A stretch of DNA of 64,000 nucleotides from an uncultured Gemmatimonadales bacterium (GTDB lineage Bacteria; Gemmatimonadota; Gemmatimonadetes; Longimicrobiales; RSA9), in contig CAWCRS010000005.1 in NCBI GenBank assembly GCA_963798085.1, forward strand, positions 128,001 to 192,000, in the 5' to 3' direction. Shown one piece after another: positions 33,010-44,284 of the stretch (position 1 is its first letter; every line of letters starts with the position of its first letter). Position numbers and translations under genes: made by a program. Below the pieces are notes generated by a model. It was given only the letters and a program-made list of their open reading frames with translations, did not search any database and had not been told where the DNA came from.

Positions 33010-33876
33010 ATGCTGCGACTGGCACTGCCCAACAAGGGCCGATTGGCCGATGATGCCCGAGCGCTGCTCGAGCGTGCCGGTCTCGATTTCGATGCGCGCG
33101 GCGAGCGCGCCCTGCAGGCCTCGCTGGGCGGTGAGTTCCTCGCCTGGCTGGTGCGGGCCCGCGACATCCCCGAATTCGTCGCGGATGGCGCGGCCGACCT
33201 CGGCATCACGGGACGCGACATCGTCGCGGAATGCGGGCGGCCGCTCGACGAGCTGCTCGATCTCGGCTTCGGCCGCTGCCGCCTCGCGGTGGCCGCGCGT
33301 GATGACGGCGCTGTTCGCAGCCTCGAGGACATTCCGCCCCGGCACGCGCGTCGCCACCAGCTTTCCTCGCCTGGCACTCGACTTCTTCCGCACGCGGGGC
33401 TGTGAAGTCGCCGTAGTGCCTGTTTCCGGCGCCGCGGAAATCGCGCCCCACCTTGGTGTCGCGGATGTGATCGTCGACCTCGTGTCGAGCGGTTCCACAC
33501 TCAAAGTCAATGGCCTGGCCGAGGTGGCGACGATCATGCAGTCGAGCGCGGTGCTCGTCGCGCGGCCTGGCGATCGATGTGCGCGCGCCCGCCTGCGGTC
33601 CGATCGGCGAGCTGCGCGCCGCGCTCGAGTCCGTGCTGTTCGCGCGCGACAAGCGCTACCTGATGGCCAACGTGCCACGGGCCGCGCTCGATAATGTGAA
33701 GCGAATCATTCCCGGTACTCTCGGGTCCGACGATCGTCGATGTGCTCGATGGCGGCCGCTTCGTGGCGGCGCACGCCGTGGTCGATCGCCGCGACGTCTA
33801 CCGCGTGATCGCGCAACTGCGCACCATTGGCGCAGTCGGCATCCTCGTGACCGCCATCGAGCGGCTGATGCCATGA
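33010..33876 (+). CDS. hisG: ATP phosphoribosyltransferase, long form (several indels)
   Basis: LALPNKGRL, RARDIPEFV, DLGITGRD, ADVIVDLVSSGSTL; C-terminal regulatory domain in other frames. Confidence 0.92.
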
Positions 33877-36292
33877 GGCTCGCGGTTACCGGCCGTCTCG
33901 ATGCGCTCGACGCCGAAGCGCGTGACCGTCTGCTGCGGCGAGGCAGTGATCCCGACAGTCGCGTGGCGGCGGAGACGGCCGCGATCATCGCGCGCGTGCG
34001 CCGCTCTGGCGATGCGGCGCTGTTCGAGCTGGCGGCCCAGTTCGATCGCGTGCGACTCGCGTCGCTGGAAGTGCCGCGCTCGGCTTGCCTGCGTGCACGC
34101 GACGCGCTGCGCCCCGAGCTGCGCGTGGCGCTCGAGCAGGCCGCCGCCAACATTGAGGTCTGGCATCGCGCGCAGCTGCCGGCCCCGCTCTGTCTCGAGG
34201 CGGTCCCGGGGGTTCGCCTGACGCGGCGGGCGGATCCGTTATCGTGTGTCGGCGTCTATGCGCCGGGCGGCCGCGCCGCCTACCCGAGCAGCGTTCTGAT
34301 GGGCGTGGTGCCTGCGCGCGCGGCCGGCGTGGGAGAAGTAATCGTGTGTTCCCCGCCCGGCGCCGGCGGCGAGCCGCCCGCCATCACGCTCGCGGCGTGC
34401 GCTCTCGCCGGCGTCGACCGCGTGTTTGCGCTGGGCGGCGCCGGCGCGATTGCGGCACTCGCGCTGGGCACCGCGACCGTGCCGCGCGTGGACCGCATCG
34501 TCGGGCCGGGCAACGCGTTCGTCAGCGAAGCCAAGCGCCAGCTGCAGGGCGAGGTGGGCATCGACTCGCCCGCCGGGCCCTCGGAACTGCTTGTTATCGC
34601 CGACGACGCGGCCGATGCCGTGCGGCTTGCGGCCGAGCTGTTCGCACAGGCAGAACACGATGCTGCGGCGGCCGTCGTGCTGATTGCCACGAACGAGCCA
34701 CTGCTGCTCGCGGTTCAGGAGGAGCTGGAGCAGCTCCTGAATACGCAGAGCCGAGGCGACGTGGTGCGGTCCGCCTTCGCGGCGCGTGGTGCCCTGCTGT
34801 TCGCGCCCGACATGTCCGGCGCTCTGCGTTTCGCGCGCGACTACGCGCCCGAGCACCTGCGGCTCGCCGTGCGCGATGCGGCTGCGTGGCTGCCGCACGT
34901 GCGCAATGCGGGCACGATCTTCGTGGGCAGGAGCAGCTCGGTGGTTTTCGGCGATTATCTCACGGGCGCCAATCACGTACTGCCGACTGCGGGCGCCGCG
35001 CGCTTCTTCTCGGGCCTGAACATCCACGATTTTCTGCGCTGGACGACAGTGCAGGAAGTGTCGGAAGCGGCCGCTGCGGCGCTGGCCGGCCCGGCAGCGT
35101 CGCTGGCCGAGGCCGAGGGGCTTCCCGGACACGCACTCGCCGCCCGCCTGCACACCGCGCAGCCGGCTGGCACGCCCAGCACGGCACGCACGCCGGCACC
35201 CCTGCACAACCCGGTTCGACCAGTCGCGCGCCCGGCTTATCGTGAGATCAGCCTGTACGATCCGATGAGGGAGCCCTGTGCCGTCGACCTGAGCGACAAC
35301 ACCAGCCTGTTCGGTATCGCACCCGCCGTGCGCCGCGCGCTCACCGGTATCGGCGATGACAGCGTGACGCGCTATCCGTCTGTCTATGCGCGCCGGCTGT
35401 GCGACGCGGCGGCGCGACGCTGGGGCATTGACGCTTCGTGCATTACCACGGGATGCGGTTCGGACGATGTGATCGACGCCGCCGTACGCGCGTTCTGCGA
35501 GCCCGGTGATCGCGTCGTCTTTCCCTGGCCCACATTCGGTGTGGTACCGTTGTTCGCGCGCATGAACGGCACGCTGCCCATTCCCGTGCAGCGCACGGTC
35601 GACCTCGGTCTGGACACCCGCGGCCTGCTCGACGCCGGCGGCCGGCTGCTCTACCTCTGTCGCCCGGACAATCCGACCGGCGCGACGGTCGCGCGAACCG
35701 GGGTCGCAGACCTGGTTGCGGCGTTCCGTGGCATCGTGCTGATCGATGAAGCCTACGCCGATTTCGCGGACGACGACGTGCTCGACATTGCCGTCGCTTC
35801 CTCTAACGCCGTGGTAGTCCGTACCCTGTCCAAGGCGTACGGCATGGCGGGCCTGCGCGTCGGCTTCGCCATCGGTCCGGCCGCGCTGGTGCGCGAGATC
35901 GAGAAGGCGCGAGGGCCTTACAAGGTGAGCACGGTAGCCGAGCGCGCCGCGCTGGCCGCGCTCGCAGACACGAGTGGCTGGCGGGAGCGCTGCGTGAATC
36001 AGGTGCGCGACAACCGCGACCGCCTGGTCGCAGAGCTGCGGACCGGCGGCTACGACGCGCTGCCCTCACACGGCAACTTCGTGCTGGTGCGATTGCCGGA
36101 CGGATCCGCGAGCGCCGAGAGCGTGACGCGGCGCCTGCGGCCGCGGGCATCGGCGTGCGCGCGTTTGCCGCGCTTCCCGTGCTCGGCGAATGCGTGCGTG
36201 TCACCATCGGACCGTGGCCGCTGCTCGAGCTGTTCCTGGAAGCGTTCCCCGCCGTACTCGCGGCCGAAGCCGCAGATGGGGTGGTCGCGTGA
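33873..36292 (+). CDS. hisDC: Fused histidinol dehydrogenase / histidinol-phosphate aminotransferase (indel near 36140)
   Basis: HisD motifs (GVYAPGGRAAYPSS, GPGNAFV, AGPSE, QAEHD, PEHL, GANHVLPT) are in frame with HisC motifs (DLSDN, PDNPTG, DEAYADF, RTLSKAYGMAGLRVG). Confidence 0.85.
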
Positions 36293-36891
36293 TCGACATC
36301 GCCATTGTCGACTATGGCGCCGGCAATCTGCACTCGCTGTCCAAGGCGCTGGGGCGGCAGGGTGATCGCGTGCGCGTCGAGGACGACGCCACGCGCGCCG
36401 TCGAGGCCGACGCCATCGTGCTTCCGGGTGTGGGCGCGTTTGGCGCAGCGGTCGCAGCGCTTGCGCCCGGTCGCGAAGCACTGCGCGCCGCACTCGCACA
36501 GGGGCGTCCCTGCCTCGGCATTTGCCTGGGCATGCAGCTGCTCTTCGAGGAGAGCGAGGAAGGCCAGGGTGCTGGCCTGGCCGTCATGCCCGGCGTGGTG
36601 CATCGTCTGCGGGCGAGTCGCGTGCCGCACATGGGCTGGAACGGGGTGCAGGCCGCCGATCCCGCCGACCCGCTCTTCGCTGCCTCGCCGCGCATGGTCG
36701 CCTATTACGCGAACAGCTACGTGGCCCGGCCGGTATCGACTAACTGCGTGATAGCATGGTCGGAATGTGAGGGCCAACGCTTTCCCGCGGCGGTGCGTCA
36801 GGACCGCACCTGGGGTGTGCAGTTCCACCCGGAGAAGAGCGGTGACGGCGGCCTGCGCCTGCTGGACGCTTTCCTGGAGCAGGCCCGATGA
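36289..36891 (+). CDS. hisH: Imidazole glycerol phosphate synthase glutaminase subunit
   Basis: DYGAGNLHS, LPGVGAF, GICLGMQLL, VPHMGWN, QFHPEKSG. Confidence 0.95.
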   Translation: MIDIAIVDYGAGNLHSLSKALGRQGDRVRVEDDATRAVEADAIVLPGVGAFGAAVAALAPGREALRAALAQGRPCLGICLGMQLLFEESEEGQGAGLAVMPGVVHRLRASRVPHMGWNGVQAADPADPLFAASPRMVAYYANSYVARPVSTNCVIAWSECEGQRFPAAVRQDRTWGVQFHPEKSGDGGLRLLDAFLEQAR

Positions 36892-37601
36892 TCGCGTGGC
36901 CCGCGCTGGACCTGCGCGGCGGCCGCGCCGTTCAGCTGGTGGGCGGCGACCCGGCGCGCGAGCGTGTGGGTCTCAACGACCCGCTTGCGGTGGCGCACCA
37001 CTGGGCCAATGCGGGCTTCCGTGTACTGCACCTGGTGGATCTGGATGCGGCCCTGCGGCAGGGCAGCAACCGCAGTGTCATCGAGCCGCTGCTCGCCAGC
37101 ACCAGCGCGAGCGTGCAGGTGGGCGGCGGCGTGCGTACCGATGAGGATGTGAGCACGCTGCTGTCGGCCGGCGCTGCGCGCGTCATCGCCGGCACGCGCG
37201 CCCTGGAGGACCGGCGCTGGCTCTGCGCAGCGAGCCGGACCTGGCCGGGTCGCGTCGTGGTGGCGGCGGACACACTGGATGGTCACATCGTGACGCGTGG
37301 CTGGCGCACCCATACGCCTGTGCGCACCACTGACTTTCTCGCTTCCCTCGCCGATGTCGCGCTGGCTGGCGTGCTCGTGACCGATGTCGGACGGGAAGGC
37401 AGCCTGCGGGGGGTGGATGCCAAGCTCTTCGCCACGTTCGCGCAGAACACGCCCCATCCCATCCTTGCCGCGGGCGGTGTGGCCACCCTCGTGGACCTGC
37501 GCATCCTGGCGGATGCGGGCGTCGCCGGCACTGTGATCGGCATGGCGCTCTACACGGGCGGCGTGGATGCGCGCGCCGCGGCGCTGGAGTTCCCGGCATG
37601 A
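36888..37601 (+). CDS. hisA: ProFAR isomerase
   Basis: PALDLRGG, LHLVDLDAA, QVGGGVR, TDVGREG. Confidence 0.92.
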   Translation: MIAWPALDLRGGRAVQLVGGDPARERVGLNDPLAVAHHWANAGFRVLHLVDLDAALRQGSNRSVIEPLLASTSASVQVGGGVRTDEDVSTLLSAGAARVIAGTRALEDRRWLCAASRTWPGRVVVAADTLDGHIVTRGWRTHTPVRTTDFLASLADVALAGVLVTDVGREGSLRGVDAKLFATFAQNTPHPILAAGGVATLVDLRILADAGVAGTVIGMALYTGGVDARAAALEFPA

Positions 37602-38152
37602 ACATGCTCGTGCGCGAAACAAAGGAGACCGCGGTCCGACTGGGGGTCGTCCTGAACCCCGGGCGCGACGACGGCAACCGGCTGCAGACCGGCATTGCGT
37701 TCCTCGATCACATGCTGGACACGCTTGCTCGCTATGCCGGCTGGCAGCTGGACGTGAGCGCGAGCGGCGACCTGCGCCACCACACCATCGAGGATGTCGC
37801 CATCACGCTCGGCCTCGCGCTGCGCGCGCAGCTGCCGTCAGCCTGCGCACGCTACGGCAGTGCCCTCGTGCCCATGGATGATGCGCTGGTGCAGGCGGCC
37901 ATTGATCTGGGCGGCCGTGCCTGGTACGACGGCCCCCTGCCCTCCCGACTCTATCAGCACTTCCTGCGCTCCTTCGCTGATAACGCAGCTGTTACTCTGC
38001 ACATCGTGGTACAGCGCGGTCGCGACCGCCATCACGTTGTCGAAGCCGCGTTCAAGGCGCTCGGCCTGGCCCTGCGCGCCGCGGTCCAGCCGGCGGACGG
38101 CGTTTTCAGCACCAAGGGCGGTGTTCGGCTGCGGCGGGACGACACGGCCTGA
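37598..38152 (+). CDS. hisB: Imidazoleglycerol-phosphate dehydratase (monofunctional)
   Basis: [42 protein letters not shown]. Confidence 0.93.
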   Translation: MNMLVRETKETAVRLGVVLNPGRDDGNRLQTGIAFLDHMLDTLARYAGWQLDVSASGDLRHHTIEDVAITLGLALRAQLPSACARYGSALVPMDDALVQAAIDLGGRAWYDGPLPSRLYQHFLRSFADNAAVTLHIVVQRGRDRHHVVEAAFKALGLALRAAVQPADGVFSTKGGVRLRRDDTA

Positions 38153-38948
38153 TGCTGCTGCGTCGCGTGATCGTCTGCCTCGACGTTGACCGTGGCCGGG
38201 TGGTCAAGGGAACGAGCTTTCGTGCGCTGCGCGACATGGGCGATCCTGTGGAACTGGCGCAGCGCTACGAGCAGGACGGCGCCGACGAAATCGTGTTTCT
38301 GGACATCACCGGCATCCGTCGAACGGCGAGGCACCCTGCTGGACGTAGTGCGGCGCACGGCCGAGCGCCTGTTCATCCCGCTCACCGTGGGCGGCGGCGT
38401 TCGCGAGGTCGCGGACGTCGAGCGCGTTCTGCGCGCCGGTGCGGACAAGGTGTGCGTCAACACCGCGGCCGTCGACCGCCCGCGCATTGCTGTCCGAGGC
38501 CGCCGCGCGTTTCGGCAGCCAGTGCATCGTGCTGAGCATCGACGCGCGGGCCGAGGCGGCTTCGTCTCCTGAACGCCGTGACCACAACGCGCCCGCCCGG
38601 TTTCGCGTGTGCACGCACGGCGGCCGCACGCCCACCGCGCTCGACGCCATTGCATGGGCTCGCCGCGGTGCGGAAATGGGCGCGGGCGAAGTGCTGGTGA
38701 CGAGCATCGATCAGGACGGCCGGCGCGACGGCTACGATCTCGCGCTGACGCGGCGCGTGGCCGCCGCCGTGAGCGTACCCGTGATTGCCAGTGGCGGCGC
38801 CGGCCACGCGCGCCACATGCGCGCCGCATTGCAGGAGGGCAACGCCGACGCCGTGCTCGCGGCCGGCATTTTTCACGACGGCACGACTACGGTGGCGGCG
38901 GTCAAGCGCGAGCTTTACGATGCCGGCGTTCCCGTCCGTCTTACCTGA
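38152..38948 (+). CDS. hisF: Imidazole glycerol phosphate synthase cyclase subunit (indels)
   Basis: [47 protein letters not shown] across frames. Confidence 0.93.
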
Positions 38949-38961
38949 ACCCGTGACCCGC

Positions 38962-39742
38962 ATGAACGCCGAACCGCTCGGCCTGCTGCTCGAATTCGCA
39001 GTCGACATTGCCTGGCGCGCCGCGCGCAGCACCCTGGCGCACTACCAGACGGGCGCGGCCGTGGAATGGAAACAGGACGCATCGCCCGTCACCATTGCCG
39101 ACCGCACGGCGGAGCACCTGCTGCGCGAGCGCATCGAGCAGCATTTCCCGCGGGATGGCATCATCGGCGAGGAGCTGGGCGTGGTGCGTGCGGACGCGCC
39201 CCGCCGCTGGATCCTCGACCCCATCGACGGCACGCGCACCTTCGTGCGCGGCGTCCCGCTCTTCGGCACGCTGGTCGCCTTGGAGCTGGACGAACAGCCT
39301 GTTATCGGCGTGATCTGCCTGCCCGCGCTGGACGAGATCGTGTTTGCCGCCACGGGTGAGGGCTGCTGGTGGAACGGCCGCCGGGCGAGGGCATTCGGGC
39401 ACGAGCGTACTGGGCGAAGCACTCGTGATGAGCAGTGACGAGCGATTGCTGGATCGCGCCGGCCACGGCGAGGCGTGGCGTCGCCTGACCGGGGAGGCGC
39501 AGATCTGCCGCACGTGGGGCGACTGCTACGGCTACGCACTGGTGGCGACCGGCCGCGCGGAGGCCATCGTGGATCCCGTCCTGGGCCACTGGGATGCGGC
39601 CCCCATGCTGCCCATCCTGCAGGAGGCCGGCGGCGTCGCCACCGACTTCCAGGGCCGCGTTTCCGCGCGCACGGGCAGCCTGATCGCCACTAACGGCCCG
39701 CTAGCCGCACCCATCCGCGACCTGCTCGGTGTGCCCGCATGA
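38962..39742 (+). CDS. hisN: Histidinol-phosphatase, inositol monophosphatase family (indel near 39390)
   Basis: SPVTIAD, GEE, WILDPIDGT, WGDCYGY, WDAA; lies within the his operon. Confidence 0.88.
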
Positions 39743-40348
39743 TCCTCGATCACACGAGCCCGGCTCGATGCACTGCGCTTCGATGACGCGGGCCTGATCC
39801 CGGTGATCGCGCAGGACGCGCGCACCGGCGATGTGCTGATGCTCGGCTACGCCAACCGCGCTGCGCTGGAGCACACTTTGCGCGAGCGCCGCATGTGGTT
39901 CTGGTCACGCAGCCGGCAGACTCTCTGGCGCAAAGGCGAAAGCAGCGGCCACGAGCTGCGCCTCCATTCCCTGCACGCCGATTGCGATGCCGACACCGTG
40001 CTGGCACTGGTCGAGCCCGCCGGCCCCGCCTGCCACACGGGCGCGCGCACCTGCTTCGGCGCAGCACCTGCACTCTCCGCGCTCGCCGACATTATTGCCG
40101 AACGGCAACGGCACAACGAAGGTGGCGGCTACACCCGTCGCCTGCTGGCCGACGAGAATCTGCGCCTCAAGAAGCTCGGCGAGGAAACCGTCGAGCTGGT
40201 GGCCGCCTGCCTCGGCCAGGACCCAGGCCGCATTGCCGCCGAAGCCGCCGACCTCCTCTACCACACCCTCATAGCCTGCGCCGCCCGCAGCATCTCCGCG
40301 ACCGATATCCTCACCGAACTCATGCGCCGCCAGTCCACTACTCCCTGA
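39739..40348 (+). CDS. hisIE: Bifunctional PR-AMP cyclohydrolase / PR-ATP pyrophosphatase (indel near the 5' end)
   Basis: VLMLGYAN, SRSRQTLWRKGESSG, DCDADT, ACHTG, KKLGEETVE, EAADLLYH. Confidence 0.93.
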
Positions 40349-40480
40349 TCCACGTTGAGATGCTCTGATTCTTGAATCCGGTGCTTACAGATCCGTCGAT
40401 TCGTACGTCCGTTGATTCGCATACCCGTTGAATCCGCTGGTTCGTAATCCGTTGAACCGTCAGGCCGTGATCCGTTGAAG
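40348..40480. repeat. Cluster of degenerate ATCCGTTGA-like repeats at a convergent junction
   Basis: ATCCGTCGA 40391, GTCCGTTGA 40407, ACCCGTTGA 40423, ATCCGTTGA 40447 and 40470. Confidence 0.6.
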
Positions 40481-40578
40481 CCAACCCTCCCGGCCCCCGG
40501 AAAAGCCGCGGGCGCGGAGGCCAGCCCGACAGCCCCCGCGCCCGCAGCGCCCGTAGCGCTGTAACAGAATGTTATAGG

Positions 40579-41643
40579 CTAGTCTGCGTTGAGGTAGTGG
40601 AGCCGGTCCTTGAGAGGCACATTGAAGCCCTCGCGGGCGCGGGCCACAGCCGCGGCCAGTTCCGGGCGGAGGGCCAGCGCGTCGAGTGCCGCGCGGCGCT
40701 CGCTGCTGGGACCGAACAGCGCTTCCCATGGATGCATCACATACGCATAGCCCAGCACGTAGGCGGCATAGGTACGCACACCCAGCACGGCACTGCTGTC
40801 GGTCGACAGTTGCGCCATTACGCGCATCGATTCCGGCAGCGCCGCTGCCTGCCAGGCGTTCTGCATGAAGCGGTAGAACCCGGTGCGCGCGGTCACGGCC
40901 TCGTTCATGGCTGTCGCAATCGCCGCAACCTGGTCGGCGCGGCCCCGGCGCACGTAGATCTCGCGCAGGTGATCGAGACCCGCTTCCATCGTCGTGAAGC
41001 CGGTCGAGAGCGCATTGCTCGTCGGACCCAGTTCGACGAACTGGATGCCGGCAGAGACTGCGGCACGGGCATCGGCTTCTGCGCCCTCCAGGTCGCCCTG
41101 CGTGAGGCGCAGGTGAGCGCGCGCGATCAGTGCCCCCAGATCCTGCCGGGGCGCGCGCCAGAAGAGCCCGTAGCTGCTGGGACCATAGAGCTTCGCCGCA
41201 ATGTCGGCACCGCCCACGTGTGTGAAGTCCAGCGCGGTCATGCGTGCGGCACGGACGATGTCATCCAGACGCTCGCACGCCGCCGCCGAATGCCACGTCG
41301 ACTCCGACCTGTCCCACAACGGATTGTCGTAGTTCATGGGGAAGGAGCGGGCGCACGGTGAGGTGTACGCGGCCATCCCGCCGGGCCAGTACAACGCCAG
41401 CGCATTGCCAGCCTCGTGCTCGGCAAGGCCGAAGGCTTCGACATCGGCGAGATTGCCGGCGTGCAGCGCGCCGCTGCGCCAGGCTGTGCTGAATGCGTTG
41501 CGGCTCCAGGCGCTGTGCCGCTCATGGTCCATGCCGGTCGCCTCGCCGGCATAGAACACGACTGTCAGCACAGCCGCCGACAGCGCCACGATGACGAGGG
41601 CACCCAGGATGCGCAGAATGCTCACGTGCTTGGCTCTGGACAT
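40579..41643 (-). CDS. Hypothetical helical protein with N-terminal TM anchor
   Basis: 354-aa ORF with GGAGGAGG RBS; no recognised motif. Confidence 0.7.
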   Translation of the reverse strand: MSRAKHVSILRILGALVIVALSAAVLTVVFYAGEATGMDHERHSAWSRNAFSTAWRSGALHAGNLADVEAFGLAEHEAGNALALYWPGGMAAYTSPCARSFPMNYDNPLWDRSESTWHSAAACERLDDIVRAARMTALDFTHVGGADIAAKLYGPSSYGLFWRAPRQDLGALIARAHLRLTQGDLEGAEADARAAVSAGIQFVELGPTSNALSTGFTTMEAGLDHLREIYVRRGRADQVAAIATAMNEAVTARTGFYRFMQNAWQAAALPESMRVMAQLSTDSSAVLGVRTYAAYVLGYAYVMHPWEALFGPSSERRAALDALALRPELAAAVARAREGFNVPLKDRLHYLNAD

Positions 41644-41762
41644 GCAGCCTCCTCCCCCGCGGGGGTACGTGTCGTCCCTGCTGGTCGATAGAGGCGCCGC
41701 GTCCCGGCAACGCCAGGGGCGGAGGCCACCGGCTGCTTCAGCCGGTGCGCTCCCGCGTGTGA

Positions 41763-43466
41763 TCAGCTGTCAGTGTGGAAGCCGGAGACCAGCTCCTTGA
41801 GCCGCTCCGCCGCGTGCAGCAGCTCGACGCTCGCGGCGCTCAGCTCCTGGGTGGCCGCGGACTGTTCTTCCGCCGCTGCACTCACTTCCTCCGCGCTGGC
41901 CGCGTGTGATTCCGCGGTCGCGCCCACGGCGCGCACGTTTTCTTCCACCGTCTGCACCGCGGTGCGATTCTCGTCCGCCGCGGCATCCACGCTGGCCGCC
42001 GCGCCGCGCACGTGCTCGACCGCGGCGATGATCTCCTCGAACGCGGTCTCTGCGCTGCGGGAGACTTCCTCGACGCCAGCCACCTGGCTGACGCCGCGGT
42101 CCATCGTGGCCGCCGCGGATTCGATCTGCCTGCGCACCTGGCGCACGGCCAGGTCGATCTCGTCCGCCGCGCGCGCACTGCCATCCGCCAGCTTGCGCAC
42201 TTCATCGGCCACCACAGCGAAGCCGCGGCCGTGCTCGCCGGCGCGCGCTGCCTCGATGGCCGCATTCAGCGCCAGCAGGTTGGTCTGGCGGGCAATGCCC
42301 TGAATCGTCTCGACGAACGCAGTGATCTGCGCGGACGCACGCTGCAGCTCGGCTACTTCCTGACCCGAGGTGTGCACGACTTCGCGCACTTCACGCAGCA
42401 TCGCGGTGGCGCGGCTCACATCTCGCCGCTTGGTCGACGCCAGATCGCCAATCTGGCTGCTCAGCGTGCGCACCTGCGTGGACGCTTCGTCGATCTCCAC
42501 GGCGCGGTCGCGCATGCGCTGCAACGCCTCATCCATGCTGCGCAGTCCGAGCGCCTGCTCCTCCGCGCCGTTCGTAATGTCGATCATGGCGGTCGAGACC
42601 TCGCCGCTCGAGGCCGCCACTTCCTCGGAGACACTGGACAGGTCCGACGCCGAAGCAGTAATGCGATTCGCCGTCGACACGGTCTCGCCCACCACCGTGC
42701 GGAAGCGGTCGGCCATCAGGGTGAAGGCTCCCGCCAGAACGCGCAGCTCGCTGGGCATGCGGCCGTTCACGCGCACCGTGAGATCGCCGCCGCCGAACTG
42801 GTTGGCTGCAAGCACCAGACGAGTGAGCGGGCGCTCGATCGCGTGCAGCGTGAGGTACGCGAAGAACAGCGCTGTAAAGATCGAAACAAAGAGCACGATG
42901 AGCAGCTCCAGGCTCCGCTCGTGCGCGACCGTTCGATAGTCGATGAGCGCCAGCTCCACCTTGCGCACTTCGCTCGAGTTGACGGCGCGTGTCAGCGCGC
43001 GCAGCTCACGCAGGCTGGGCTCGAGTGAGGCCACGAGCGCAGCCGCAGCCCGTGTGTCATTGTGCGAGATCGTGTCACGGAACGTGGCGCTGACCTTGTC
43101 GTGGAGCGCGATGATGCGCCCCAGCTGATCCTGCGTGGCGTTGTCCAGGTCGGGCAGCTTCGCGTACCTGGCCTGCAGGTCGCGCGCACGCGCCGCCAGA
43201 CTGTCGTGTTCCGCCAGCGCCGCCACATTACCCGTCAGCAGATAACGCTGCCCCGCGCTCAGCTGGTCGACGAGCGCGGCCTCGAAACTCGTGGCCAGGT
43301 CCACTCGTTCTTCCAGCACATCCACACGCGCGTTGACCGCGTCCATCAGCTGATTGAGTGAATGCGAGGCAATGCCGTAGATGACGAGCGTCCCTGCGAA
43401 CCCGATCATCAAGGCGCCCAGCAGTCGACCCTGAATTCGGTCGAAGTATCCGGAGAGTCGCATCAT
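41763..43466 (-). CDS. Methyl-accepting chemotaxis protein
   Basis: Two TMs, HAMP domain, [37 protein letters not shown]. Confidence 0.95.
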   Translation of the reverse strand: MMRLSGYFDRIQGRLLGALMIGFAGTLVIYGIASHSLNQLMDAVNARVDVLEERVDLATSFEAALVDQLSAGQRYLLTGNVAALAEHDSLAARARDLQARYAKLPDLDNATQDQLGRIIALHDKVSATFRDTISHNDTRAAAALVASLEPSLRELRALTRAVNSSEVRKVELALIDYRTVAHERSLELLIVLFVSIFTALFFAYLTLHAIERPLTRLVLAANQFGGGDLTVRVNGRMPSELRVLAGAFTLMADRFRTVVGETVSTANRITASASDLSSVSEEVAASSGEVSTAMIDITNGAEEQALGLRSMDEALQRMRDRAVEIDEASTQVRTLSSQIGDLASTKRRDVSRATAMLREVREVVHTSGQEVAELQRASAQITAFVETIQGIARQTNLLALNAAIEAARAGEHGRGFAVVADEVRKLADGSARAADEIDLAVRQVRRQIESAAATMDRGVSQVAGVEEVSRSAETAFEEIIAAVEHVRGAAASVDAAADENRTAVQTVEENVRAVGATAESHAASAEEVSAAAEEQSAATQELSAASVELLHAAERLKELVSGFHTDS

Positions 43467-43571
43467 GCGCTCAATTGACGACCGCGTCCGAGCGGGCCCG
43501 GCGCTTGCGGCCGTTACCCCCGAGTTCGAGATTGGCAGTGTCCGCGTCCACGCTGGAAACGAGGTTTATCG

Positions 43572-44282
43572 ATGGCAGACATGCCCCCGGTTCCCGGGCC
43601 GACCCTGGCCGAGAAACGGGAAAAGACAGTCCAGCTGCTCATCGATAGTTTCGCCTCGGACCGGCTTACGGTTGAGGAGTTCGAGGATCGGCTGGACAAG
43701 GCACACCGGGCCGAGGACATGCCGAGCCTCGATTCTCTGGTCCAGGATCTCCCGGCTGTCGCCGCTGCAGCGGCCCCTTCCCCGCCTGCTTCGCCCGCCT
43801 CACCAGCACCCGCGACGCGCTCCACCCCGGCTCGGGCCAACCCCGCGGACGTGCGCGATCATCAGCTGCTCGTCGCGATCATGGGCGGTGTCGAGCGCAA
43901 GGGCCCATGGACGCCGGCCCGCAAGTCGACGGTGCTCGCGATGATGGGAGGTGCCGAGCTGGATTTCCGGGAAGCGATTATGCCGCCTGGAGTTACAGAG
44001 ATCGACATCTTCACGCTCATGGGCGGTGTCGAGATCCTGGTTCCGCCCGGCATCGCCGTCGACGCCTCCGGCCTCGCCATTATGGGCGGCTTCAGCCACG
44101 GGCCGGGCCGCCCACCCGGAATGCAGCCGGACGACCCCATCATCCGCGTGCGCGGCTTCGCCATGATGGGCGGCGTCGACATCCAGGTCCGGCTGCCCGG
44201 CGAGACCGCCCGCGATGCCCGGCGCCGCCAGCGTGATGAGCGTCGCCAGCTCCGTGGCGACCAACGGAGGCGGCTCCGCTAG
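43572..44282 (+). CDS. DUF1707 (SHOCT-like) plus LiaF/DUF2154-like domain protein
   Basis: REKTVQLL...RLTVEEFEDRLD...DLP followed by repeated MGG-V-E/D strands. Confidence 0.8.
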   Translation: MADMPPVPGPTLAEKREKTVQLLIDSFASDRLTVEEFEDRLDKAHRAEDMPSLDSLVQDLPAVAAAAAPSPPASPASPAPATRSTPARANPADVRDHQLLVAIMGGVERKGPWTPARKSTVLAMMGGAELDFREAIMPPGVTEIDIFTLMGGVEILVPPGIAVDASGLAIMGGFSHGPGRPPGMQPDDPIIRVRGFAMMGGVDIQVRLPGETARDARRRQRDERRQLRGDQRRRLR

Positions 44283-44284
44283 TC

